In this document: positions 44,023 to 52,347 of the stretch, piece after piece | Layout: every line of letters starts with the position of its first letter | How positions within the stretch are numbered: the stretch's first letter is position 1 | Virus record (IMG/VR): IMGVR_UViG_3300046007_002820 | Span: 325-64,324 of that record | Direction: 5' to 3' (one strand) | DNA from: a virus | Lineage: Duplodnaviria; Caudoviricetes | Length of the DNA: 64,000 nucleotides | The notes under the pieces: model-generated | Told to the model about the DNA's origin: nothing | The model's database searches: none | The model's input: the letters and a program-made list of their open reading frames with translations, nothing else | Program-made: the position numbers and the translations under genes

Positions 44023-45351
44023 TTGACTGTTTCCATCGGCGGTAAGCTGAAATCACTAGAGATATCGCTTACGAAATACAGCGGCGAGAAAACCATAGAT
44101 CTTCGGCCATTTATGGTCGATGTTACTATCTATGAAAACATTTTCAATTCGTCTCTTCATGGTGTAATGACCATTGTAGATGCAGTCGGATTCCTCTCGG
44201 GATATGGATTTCCAATCCTTGGCGAGGAACTGTTGACATTTCGGTATGCAATTACCGATGACGCAGTTCCAGAAAAGATCTTGACATTCTTGGTCTATAA
44301 GATCGACAGCGTCGTCAATGCCGAGAATATGAAACATAAGCGGTATCTTCTACGGTTTTGTTCTATCGAAGATCTTGCAAATTCCACAATTCTGATTCAA
44401 AAAGCGTACGATGCTCCGTGTTCGGAAATTGTCAAGAACATCATGGGAGAGTATCTGGCAACTTCTAAGAGTGTGCAGACGCTTCCAACCAAAGGCGCGC
44501 AGAAACTCATCATTCCACAGCTGCGCCCGTTCGACGCGATCGAATTCCTTCGTAGAAGATCCATCTCCGAAAAGAAATTCAAAGCTGCCTCCTACGTTTT
44601 CTACGAGAACACCGAAGGCTTCATGTTTACAGATATCGAGCAGCTCATAGAACGAGGCTCTAAGAAGGCTGATGAAGAACCCGACGTATATACCTACTAT
44701 GTGACCGATGGCTCTCTGCAACGTTCTAATGAGTCTAACACTAGCGAAAACTACAGCGATCCACGATATTACAACATTGCGGAATTCAAGACTCTCTTTT
44801 CTTTCTCGCAGAATCATCGAACTGATACAATTGAAAGAATCAAGAAGGGTGTATTCCAATCTGTCGTGACGACGTTCGATCCGGTCAATGTCGAATACAA
44901 AGAAAAGACTTTCAAATACAATCCATTCAGATATACGACTCTTTCGCCACAAATCCAACATTCGGCAGAGTTCCAATTCGATTTTGCTGGCGCGGATAGC
45001 AAAACATCTATGCATCGTAACTTCTATATCATGCAAGACTCGACCGTTCCTGATACACATCTAGATGATATCATTCCTAATACTGCATCGTATATGACGA
45101 ATCTAGCTCAGAACATGTTCTCAGCATCTATCATTGGTGATCCAAGAATTCTAGCTGGCGATGTAATTAACATTCCATTCATTCCAGCATTTAGAAATCC
45201 AGACCAGCTGGGATTAGATGATAAACTGCTTTCGGGTAAATTCTTAGTCGCTGGTATTCGCCACAAGTTCGGTCAAGAATCTTACGTCTGTGATGTCGAG
45301 CTTTTCAAGAATGGTTTCGCGGAAAAGGTAGACTTTCCGTTAGAGCTCTAA
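44023..45351 (+). CDS. baseplate hub / tail protein
   Basis: IYENIF...G...IVDA...PILGEE...IIPQLRPFDAI...VFYEN..GF.F...GD.I...SGKFLV..IRHKF. Confidence 0.8.
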   Translation: MTVSIGGKLKSLEISLTKYSGEKTIDLRPFMVDVTIYENIFNSSLHGVMTIVDAVGFLSGYGFPILGEELLTFRYAITDDAVPEKILTFLVYKIDSVVNAENMKHKRYLLRFCSIEDLANSTILIQKAYDAPCSEIVKNIMGEYLATSKSVQTLPTKGAQKLIIPQLRPFDAIEFLRRRSISEKKFKAASYVFYENTEGFMFTDIEQLIERGSKKADEEPDVYTYYVTDGSLQRSNESNTSENYSDPRYYNIAEFKTLFSFSQNHRTDTIERIKKGVFQSVVTTFDPVNVEYKEKTFKYNPFRYTTLSPQIQHSAEFQFDFAGADSKTSMHRNFYIMQDSTVPDTHLDDIIPNTASYMTNLAQNMFSASIIGDPRILAGDVINIPFIPAFRNPDQLGLDDKLLSGKFLVAGIRHKFGQESYVCDVELFKNGFAEKVDFPLEL

Positions 45352-45379
45352 ATATGTTCAGCATTGTATAGGAACATAA

Positions 45380-46267
45380 ATGGCTCTTCCAGACCCTCGA
45401 CAGTTTATCGGCCGGACCGAACTGAAAGGCGCGAAAGCTCAGTCCTTTCCACCAACGATCGACAACGAGATTCAGAATTTCTTCGAATTGAAATTCGTCA
45501 ACTACGATAGAAACGCATCACTCGCAAAAGCCAATGAATCTCCGAACTCTCATACGATCTTCCTTCCGGTTCCGGTGAATCTTGAAGATACGACGCGTCT
45601 AGATTACGGTGAATATCAATCGTTCGGCGGGATCGATAATCTCCTACAACAGGGAACTTCATCCGATATGGCGGCGATGGGTGTTGAATCGGCTAAAGGA
45701 TTCATGCAAGCTATGGCTCTGGCTGGTGCGAAATACGCTCCAGAATTACTATCTTCGGTCATCAAAGATAGAGCAAGATTAGATGTTTCTGGATTGGCTG
45801 GTCGAGCTTCTGCTGTGATCGGAACTTCTGTTGGAGCACTTGCCAACCCAGCTCTGGCTGTCGAGTTTCGAGGAATTCAACGCAAAACTTATAATTTCAG
45901 CTGGCGTTTCACGCCTCGATCGAAAGCCGAATCCGAAACACTCGCGGCGATCATAGATGCGATTCGATGGAATACACTTCCAGAGAAAGTCGCCGGAGAC
46001 TGGATTCTGACCTACCCGAATATTGCATTCATGCATCTTCACGGTAATCTAGAATATGGTTCTGAAAATGCGAAACGACGACTCATTCAGTTTGCGCCAC
46101 AAGGTGCTGTTTGCGAAGCGATGAATGTTTCCTATAACAATAGTAGCGGTCAACAGAGTTTCTATGAAATTACCGGCGAACCGATTGAGGTGATTCTAAA
46201 TTTGGTGTTTGCTGATCGCGGGATCATCTCGAGAAACGAGATTCCGACTGAGAAGTGGAAATCATGA
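45380..46267 (+). CDS. gp48: baseplate tail-tube cap (T4 gp48-like)
   Basis: IFLPVP.NL.D...Y; NP....F.G...K.YNFSWRFTPRS..ES..L..II; LTYP. Confidence 0.8.
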   Translation: MALPDPRQFIGRTELKGAKAQSFPPTIDNEIQNFFELKFVNYDRNASLAKANESPNSHTIFLPVPVNLEDTTRLDYGEYQSFGGIDNLLQQGTSSDMAAMGVESAKGFMQAMALAGAKYAPELLSSVIKDRARLDVSGLAGRASAVIGTSVGALANPALAVEFRGIQRKTYNFSWRFTPRSKAESETLAAIIDAIRWNTLPEKVAGDWILTYPNIAFMHLHGNLEYGSENAKRRLIQFAPQGAVCEAMNVSYNNSSGQQSFYEITGEPIEVILNLVFADRGIISRNEIPTEKWKS

Positions 46268-46869
46268 GATACTTCGGCACGTTTCCAGTCATAGACTATA
46301 ACGATCAGCGCGTAGTCAATCTTATCGCGCGCGTGAAAGTCCTAGAGAGCGCAAAGAATGACAGAAGCGTATATCATCCGTTTGTTATTCTAGACGGCGA
46401 GACGCCTCAGAAAATAGCCTACGATTATTACGGTTCAACCGAATACATTTGGATCATCTTTCTGATGAATAACATCATTGATCCGTATTATGAATGGCCT
46501 TTATCAACGATTGAGTTTGAAGAATACATCAAGAAGAAATATGGATCATTAGCTGCTGCTCAGAGTGAAATTCTATATTACAAGAAAAAGTCCGACAAAT
46601 TCTATCTGGATATTTTCGATCCACAAAACTACGTTGCGGAAGCTTCATTTTCAGGGGACGCATCTCGATATACATTAGTCGAAATCAACAAAGAACTGAA
46701 GAAATCAAAAGAGTCTTACGATAGAAATCCAGATGTTTCATATCTTCCAGTTTACGCATACGATGAAGAGCAAATACTAAACAATAATAGAAGACACATC
46801 AAACTGTTGGATCAGTCTTTCAAGAAAGAAATAGATAGAGAGCTCAAAGCTCTATTGAATGGAAAATAG
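46264..46869 (+). CDS. gp53: baseplate wedge protein (T4 gp53-like)
   Basis: YF..FP.IDY...DGETPQKIAYDYYGS...WIIFLMNNIIDPYYEWP...YI.KKYGS. Confidence 0.88.
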   Translation: MRYFGTFPVIDYNDQRVVNLIARVKVLESAKNDRSVYHPFVILDGETPQKIAYDYYGSTEYIWIIFLMNNIIDPYYEWPLSTIEFEEYIKKKYGSLAAAQSEILYYKKKSDKFYLDIFDPQNYVAEASFSGDASRYTLVEINKELKKSKESYDRNPDVSYLPVYAYDEEQILNNNRRHIKLLDQSFKKEIDRELKALLNGK

Positions 46870-46873
46870 ATAA

Positions 46874-48973
46874 ATGTTCAATCCGACTTGGTTCTTCGGA
46901 ACTGTTGTTGATAGAGATGATCCGCTCAAACTCGGACGTTGTAGAGTTCGTGTCGACAACATTCATCCTCTAGATACGACACTCGTTCCAGACGATTCAT
47001 TACCATGGGCTATGCCTATTCAATGGATTCAGAGTGCGGCGACGCAAGGTATTGGACATGCTCCAGTAGGACCATTGCCTGGAACTAGAGTGTTTGGATT
47101 CTTCATCGACGGATCAGATTCTCAGATTCCTGTGATGATGGGAACAATCGGCGGTAATATCGGACATTTGACCTTCCCGTCGGTGACCGAAGAATCTGCT
47201 CCAGCGAAAGCTGAAACTCCAACCAAAGAAGCCGAACAGATCGCACCTCTCGGTAATCTGCCGACTGCTGAGAATCAGAAAGCGGTCGCGCTTGCGAAAC
47301 GATTGAAAGCTGATCTTGGCTTGACCGATGTTCAGGCTGCTGGAATCGTCGGAAACTTTTTAGTAGAATGTCCTGGTCTAATCCCGAATCTGAATCAAGG
47401 TGGTCGCAAAGGATTGCCAGCGAGCGGAACATCCTCGGGTAAAGGTTATGGATGGGCTCAGTGGGATAATGTACGTCGTAAAGCCTTCGTTGATTTTTGT
47501 GCTCAGCGCAATCTGAATGTTCAGACCGATGAGGCCAATTATCAGTATCTGTTACACGAAGCTCGAACGACTGAACGTTCTGCAATTGCTCAATTGAAAA
47601 CTCAAACGACTATCTCTGGTGCAACCAAAACATTCACAGACAAATTCGAGCGCGCAGGAGTTCCTCATTACGAGAGACGCATCGAAGCTGCGACAACTAT
47701 CTACAAATCATTGACTGGAGCGAACGTCCCTGTTCGTGTAGTTGGTGCATCCGAATCTGCGGACGGAACTAAGACTGAGCCCGAAAACGTTCCTAACGAT
47801 ATTCCTCCGTCGACTCCAATTGGTCCGGAACCAATCCAACAGTTCCGAGGTGTCTATCCTTTCAACAAATCATATCGTTCAGAGTCCGGTCATATCATTG
47901 AAATAGACGATACACCGAATGAAGAGAGACTGTTTGATTATCATACATCTGGGACTTACACAGAAATCAATGCGCAGGGTCGTAGAGTCGTCAAGGTTGT
48001 CGGTGAAAATTATACGGTAATTGCTCAAGACGATAACCTCTATGTCGAAGGTAGCGTGAACATCTTCGTGAAAGGTAATATGTCGGCGAAGGTCAATGGT
48101 AACCTCGCTGCTGATGTTGGTGGAGATGTGTCGACACGCGCTGCTGGCGCGATACGAATGCAAGGTGCTGAAGTGTTCATCGAGTCTTTAGGCGAAATGA
48201 ATATCAAGGCTGGTGGAAATCTATACATCGATTCTCCTGAAACAGATTTTGCTGATGCTGCCGGAGCAGGTATCTCGATCGCAATGAATCCTGATGATTT
48301 AGCCTTCTTGATTGACGACGATGAAACAGGAGTCGCTCTGAAAGAAGCTCAAGATGCAGGCCTCATTCCGACTGATCTAGCAACTGTCATGGAAGATGAA
48401 GTTCCGGTCGAAGAAGCGACGGCTGAAGAAAAAGTCGAACCAGAGAAAATCTCGGGCGATTGTGGTGGATTAGATCAAGAAGAGGATCCTGATCCAAATA
48501 CCAAGATCTCGAAATACTACAGACTTGCGAGTCTCACAACGCTTCCTCCTGCATCTAGAACAGCGCTGGCTGCTCAGAAGGGATTGACGAAAGGTCAAAT
48601 TGCTTGCAATCTTTCCCTACTTGCGAAGAACTGTCTCGATAAGATCAAAGAGAAATACCCGAATATGATAGTCACTTCTGGATTCAGAGCTGCTCCTGGA
48701 AAGAATCCTGGCTCTGATCATCTACTCGGTAAGGCTGTTGATATACAATTCTCCGGAGTTTCCAACGAAGGCTATACTGAGATTGCGAAATGGATTCGAG
48801 ATTATTCTGGAATTCCATATGATCAGATGCTGTTAGAGCATAAGGATACTCAATCGAAAAAATCCTGGATTCACATTTCATATCGTAAAGAAGGTAATCG
48901 TCAGCAGACGAAGACGTTCTTCAACCATAGACCTTACCGAGATGGACTCGTCGGGAGATCAGCTGTTGTCTGA
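46874..48973 (+). CDS. gp5: baseplate hub/spike gp5 with phage-tail-lysozyme and peptidase M15 domains
   Basis: OB-fold WFFG.V.DRDDPLKLGRCRVR; QAAGIVGNFLVE...GYGWAQW...FERAG; YPFN...ESGH.IE.DDTP..ER; C-terminal SGFR...SDHL.G.AVD...WIHIS. Confidence 0.9.
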   Translation: MFNPTWFFGTVVDRDDPLKLGRCRVRVDNIHPLDTTLVPDDSLPWAMPIQWIQSAATQGIGHAPVGPLPGTRVFGFFIDGSDSQIPVMMGTIGGNIGHLTFPSVTEESAPAKAETPTKEAEQIAPLGNLPTAENQKAVALAKRLKADLGLTDVQAAGIVGNFLVECPGLIPNLNQGGRKGLPASGTSSGKGYGWAQWDNVRRKAFVDFCAQRNLNVQTDEANYQYLLHEARTTERSAIAQLKTQTTISGATKTFTDKFERAGVPHYERRIEAATTIYKSLTGANVPVRVVGASESADGTKTEPENVPNDIPPSTPIGPEPIQQFRGVYPFNKSYRSESGHIIEIDDTPNEERLFDYHTSGTYTEINAQGRRVVKVVGENYTVIAQDDNLYVEGSVNIFVKGNMSAKVNGNLAADVGGDVSTRAAGAIRMQGAEVFIESLGEMNIKAGGNLYIDSPETDFADAAGAGISIAMNPDDLAFLIDDDETGVALKEAQDAGLIPTDLATVMEDEVPVEEATAEEKVEPEKISGDCGGLDQEEDPDPNTKISKYYRLASLTTLPPASRTALAAQKGLTKGQIACNLSLLAKNCLDKIKEKYPNMIVTSGFRAAPGKNPGSDHLLGKAVDIQFSGVSNEGYTEIAKWIRDYSGIPYDQMLLEHKDTQSKKSWIHISYRKEGNRQQTKTFFNHRPYRDGLVGRSAVV

Positions 48974-49229
48974 AGTCGCTAGAGTTGGTCTGGACCTCGT
49001 CGGCTCTTCTGGATTGATTCAGACCAAAGGTAATACCGTGAAAATCGCTGGGATTGAAATCGCTGTGAAAACTGCGACGATCTCGACTCATGATGGTCAC
49101 GTCGGTGCAACGGTCACTTCTGGATCAGATCGTGTGAAGATCGCGGGTGATGAAATTGCACGAAAAGATGATACAGCATCCTGTGGTCATACGATTGTAT
49201 CTGGATCGAGTCGCGTCAAAATTTCCTGA
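48966..49229 (+). CDS. PAAR-like spike tip protein (gp5.4-like)
   Basis: VARVG.D...H..H...SGS.RVKI.G..IAR.DD.ASCGH.IVSGS.RV; TTG start inferred. Confidence 0.85.
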   Translation: MSEVARVGLDLVGSSGLIQTKGNTVKIAGIEIAVKTATISTHDGHVGATVTSGSDRVKIAGDEIARKDDTASCGHTIVSGSSRVKIS

Positions 49230-49238
49230 TCGTTTCAC

Positions 49239-49296
49239 TTTACTTCTTTGTGAGTTTGACGTATATTGAACTCGTAGGAATTAGCTCTTAGGAGGT
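49239..49296 (+). promoter_or_regulatory. early promoter-leader cassette copy 7
   Basis: TTTACT-17-TATATT-GAACTCGTAGGAATTAGC-TCTTAGGAGGT. Confidence 0.85.
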
Positions 49297-49303
49297 TCAT
49301 TCA

Positions 49304-49462
49304 ATGGATACTACTGTCGTTTTCATTTTCACGGCGACTACGATTTTTTGGTTCCTGAGTTTGATTTGGACTCGCAAGAATCTCTTTAATCTTCTGATGA
49401 AATGTGTGTTCGTCGCAAATGCGATTCTTGGGACCTTCATCATTTTCCGGATGTTTGCATAG
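49304..49462 (+). CDS. small two-TM membrane protein, 52 aa (not in ORF track)
   Basis: MDTTVVFIFTATTIFWFLSLIWTRKNLFNLLMKCVFVANAILGTFIIFRMFA after the cassette SD. Confidence 0.7.
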   Translation: MDTTVVFIFTATTIFWFLSLIWTRKNLFNLLMKCVFVANAILGTFIIFRMFA

Positions 49463-49474
49463 GAGGTTCGTTAA

Positions 49475-49615
49475 ATGAAAAACGCGAATTACCGGAAGCT
49501 CAACGATGGTTCTCATAACAGCTCGACCTATCACAAGAAGGACGGGACTCCTGTTCGTCAGATCCTGAAGCGCGAGCTGCAGAAGCTCGTGAAGTCTGAG
49601 AAGCCCACAGAATAA
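49475..49615 (+). CDS. small basic protein, 46 aa (not in ORF track)
   Basis: AGGAGG SD; MKNANYRKLNDGSHNSSTYHKKDGTPVRQILKRE... Confidence 0.7.
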   Translation: MKNANYRKLNDGSHNSSTYHKKDGTPVRQILKRELQKLVKSEKPTE

Positions 49616-49624
49616 TCACTTCAA

Positions 49625-49700
49625 GTCCACATAGCTCAGGGGATAGAGCTGCGTTCTTCTAAAGCGCCGGTCGGGAGTTCGAATCTCTCTGTGGACGCCA
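49625..49700 (+). tRNA. tRNA-Arg (anticodon TCT)
   Basis: 76-nt cloverleaf: acceptor GTCCACA/TGTGGAC, D arm GCTC/GAGC, anticodon arm GCGTT-CTTCTAA-AGCGC, T loop TTCGAAT, encoded CCA. Confidence 0.95.
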
Positions 49701-49706
49701 ATTCAC

Positions 49707-50633
49707 TTACAGATATCCCAATCCGTAAGTAAACTGCGTATAGCCCGATCCATTCATGATCAACTGAGCTTGATACTCGTTGACGGTTGGATCGGGCCAA
49801 GGTGGCTCTTCTGCAGTTCCTACTGGAGTAGCTCCGCCTGTAAAGGAAACGATGAATCCGTAGTCGTCGTCTTCGCTGATCTGACTGAGATCGATAGAAT
49901 TGTTCGCGGATGAAGTCGGATTGCCATTCGCCGTAAGTCCGGGAATGATTCGAATTGTTTCGATGATTTTCGCGAGCGAAGTCGTATCGTCGAATAGATT
50001 GAGACGGATATCCTTGATGATCTCTGAACGACTGAACGGTCCATACAGCGAAACTTTCATCACGAAATCTAGATTCCAAATTACGATACGATTGCCAACA
50101 CGCATATCATCTTCGTAGTTATCGTCGAGTTCCACGTTACCGAGATAGATAGGAACGTCGATAGTCGTATCCATATCCGGAACAACATTCAGAGTCAATG
50201 TGATTTCGGGTGTAAACGACGGGATGATTTGCTCGACAATTCGAGTTCCATCATCGGCATTTCTGGTAATGACACTCAGACGAATGTGTAAATTGTAAGG
50301 AACTGGACCTGGCATTCTAGTCATCGTTCCCAGGAATTCGTTAGTCTTACGAATTTCGTTCGTCGTATTGAGTTTACGAGATGCGTCGTATTGCATCGAG
50401 ACAATCTCGAAAGCCATACGCGGTAGCACTCTATTGATTGGCCGCTCTAGATCAGTGTTATTGTAGTATTGCGCGAGATACCATTCCTTCGGCCCATACG
50501 ACAGTGGGACCTTTACGTTCTGCTGTACATCTCCCTCGGCATCAGTCCTCTCGATATAGATATCGGTGAAGAGCGATCCGAAGAGAACAATATACTTTCG
50601 AATAAGACCGTGATAGAATGGATCTTGAGCCAT
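49707..50633 (-). CDS. gp15: tail sheath stabiliser / tail terminator (T4 gp15-like)
   Basis: FYH..IRKYIVLFGSLF.DI...KVPLSYGPKE...LPRMAFE...YDASRKLN...PVPYN...VEQIIP.F.P. Confidence 0.92.
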   Translation of the reverse strand: MAQDPFYHGLIRKYIVLFGSLFTDIYIERTDAEGDVQQNVKVPLSYGPKEWYLAQYYNNTDLERPINRVLPRMAFEIVSMQYDASRKLNTTNEIRKTNEFLGTMTRMPGPVPYNLHIRLSVITRNADDGTRIVEQIIPSFTPEITLTLNVVPDMDTTIDVPIYLGNVELDDNYEDDMRVGNRIVIWNLDFVMKVSLYGPFSRSEIIKDIRLNLFDDTTSLAKIIETIRIIPGLTANGNPTSSANNSIDLSQISEDDDYGFIVSFTGGATPVGTAEEPPWPDPTVNEYQAQLIMNGSGYTQFTYGLGYL

Positions 50634-51374
50634 CTACGACAGCTTTCCGAATGGATTGGATTCTGAGAAATCCATGATGACTTGACTTTCATCTTCAATG
50701 TATTCATTCTGAGTATCAGGTGAAGAGAACGGATCGGCTGGAGTTGTGTTTGCGGTAACTCCAAAGATTTGCTCTGTATTCAATTCGACGCCACTCTCGA
50801 GTTCCATGATTTCACCATCCTCGGTCTCGAAGGTATCCAATTCTGAAGTTGCGAATGAATACTCGCTCTCGATGGCATCAATCGAAGATACACCAGTATC
50901 CAGACGTTCCGAGCTGTAATTGAAGCGTTCCACCTTCAGATCGAAATAGAGCAGCGTTCCGTGCTGGTAGAAGTTATCTTCATGCTCGACGTATTTGACT
51001 TCGAACAAAGACTTAGTCATTGGAACGTAGATTAGATCGCCTGCGAATGGTCTAATCATCTCAGGGAATACAGTAAGGAACCGATGTTTCATGACACAAA
51101 GAGTCAACGTATCATTCATCATAGGACCGAACTTACTCATGATGTCTGACATCATGCCGTATCCCATGTAGTCTTTGATGTACATCTCGATCAATCGAGC
51201 AGTCTCGAACTTTGATAGAGGATCTTCTAGAAACAATTCATCAATCTGAACATGTTCGCGCCGAATATAATATAATTCTAGCCCATAGATCTGAATCATC
51301 TCTGTGCTCAAATCTCGTAAAAGATTTTGTTCTTCTGTATAAGCGTAATTGTTAAAATAAGGATTTAGAGTCAT
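50634..51374 (-). CDS. gp14: neck protein (T4 gp14-like)
   Basis: NPYF...EQNL..DL..EMIQIYG...YI.R...LF.EDP.SKF...GDLIY.P...LFEVKYVEHE..FYQ.G...DFSESNPFG. Confidence 0.92.
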   Translation of the reverse strand: MTLNPYFNNYAYTEEQNLLRDLSTEMIQIYGLELYYIRREHVQIDELFLEDPLSKFETARLIEMYIKDYMGYGMMSDIMSKFGPMMNDTLTLCVMKHRFLTVFPEMIRPFAGDLIYVPMTKSLFEVKYVEHEDNFYQHGTLLYFDLKVERFNYSSERLDTGVSSIDAIESEYSFATSELDTFETEDGEIMELESGVELNTEQIFGVTANTTPADPFSSPDTQNEYIEDESQVIMDFSESNPFGKLS

Positions 51375-51381
51375 CTAGTCT

Positions 51382-52122
51382 CTACCCACTGAATATTTCG
51401 AGGACTCCGCCCCATTTTTCAATGACGGTTTCTTGAATTTCCTTGATTTCTTGTTCAGCATCTTTTAGAATTTGAGTACCGTTGAATTTCATTCCGCCTG
51501 GCAATTGTTGATCTTGGAATTTACTGAGATTTGATCCCCACTGATACTTAATCAGCGCAGTCGCATACTGTTTCAACCAGTAGTCATTCCACATCTCGGT
51601 ATATTCATCTGGATCGATTACTTGATAACATTCAATCATGATATGAAAATCGGGCTGAACACGAGTCCAAGTCATGTCGATGTACAGTCGGCCTTGATTT
51701 TTATTGAATCGAACTGGTTGAACTCCTACGAGAATCTGTTCGATGAGCTGAATATACTGCATATTCATGTAGTATGGTGCAAGCTGAGTTGAAGTCAGAT
51801 CGAAGATATTGTTCAAAGCCCACTGATATTGGAATGAGAAAATAGAGTTCATCGCGATACTCGTTCCCAATGGGAAAATTCGAGTAACTCCCAAAATGTT
51901 TTCTGGGAGCGTGATGTATTTGTTGGCAATATCATTCGCAGTTAGTTTGTATTTGTAGAATGATTTCTGCGTCCCATCGTAGTGATGATGATAGTATAGC
52001 TGGATCGCCTCGTCGACGCGATCATCGACTTGGTCATCGGAAACTTCTATGTTCAATACCGGCTTGCCGAGTTTGCGCAAACAAAATTCTTTGAAAGACG
52101 CTCTGTTTGTAGGAACGCTCAT
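51382..52122 (-). CDS. gp13: neck protein (T4 gp13-like)
   Basis: CLRKLGKPVLNIEV.DDQVDDR.DEA...HYDG...WLKQYATALIK.QWG.NLSKF...LPGG...NG. Confidence 0.93.
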   Translation of the reverse strand: MSVPTNRASFKEFCLRKLGKPVLNIEVSDDQVDDRVDEAIQLYYHHHYDGTQKSFYKYKLTANDIANKYITLPENILGVTRIFPLGTSIAMNSIFSFQYQWALNNIFDLTSTQLAPYYMNMQYIQLIEQILVGVQPVRFNKNQGRLYIDMTWTRVQPDFHIMIECYQVIDPDEYTEMWNDYWLKQYATALIKYQWGSNLSKFQDQQLPGGMKFNGTQILKDAEQEIKEIQETVIEKWGGVLEIFSG

Positions 52123-52340
52123 TGTCTATCACCTTTCACGATTGTTTCTAATTCTAGTAATCTATGTTCTAGTTCGTATAACAGAGCTCTATCTTTCAGT
52201 CTTTGAGCTTGCTCTTGTTTATCACGCAATCTCTTATTCCTGGCTTCGACATCTATCGACAGAATCGCGCCAGAGATCGGATCTTTTTCTAGAACATCAG
52301 ACTCGCGAAGTTTGATTTTAGGAATTCCGACTGGCATCAT
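52119..52340 (-). CDS. small conserved protein upstream of the neck genes
   Basis: LEKDPISGAIL..D motif followed by a coiled coil. Confidence 0.65.
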   Translation of the reverse strand: MMPVGIPKIKLRESDVLEKDPISGAILSIDVEARNKRLRDKQEQAQRLKDRALLYELEHRLLELETIVKGDRQ

Positions 52341-52347
52341 ACTCTAC

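Noticed and set aside
49636-50079. 147-aa minus-strand ORF
   Set aside because: Overlaps gp15 in another frame and the tRNA gene.
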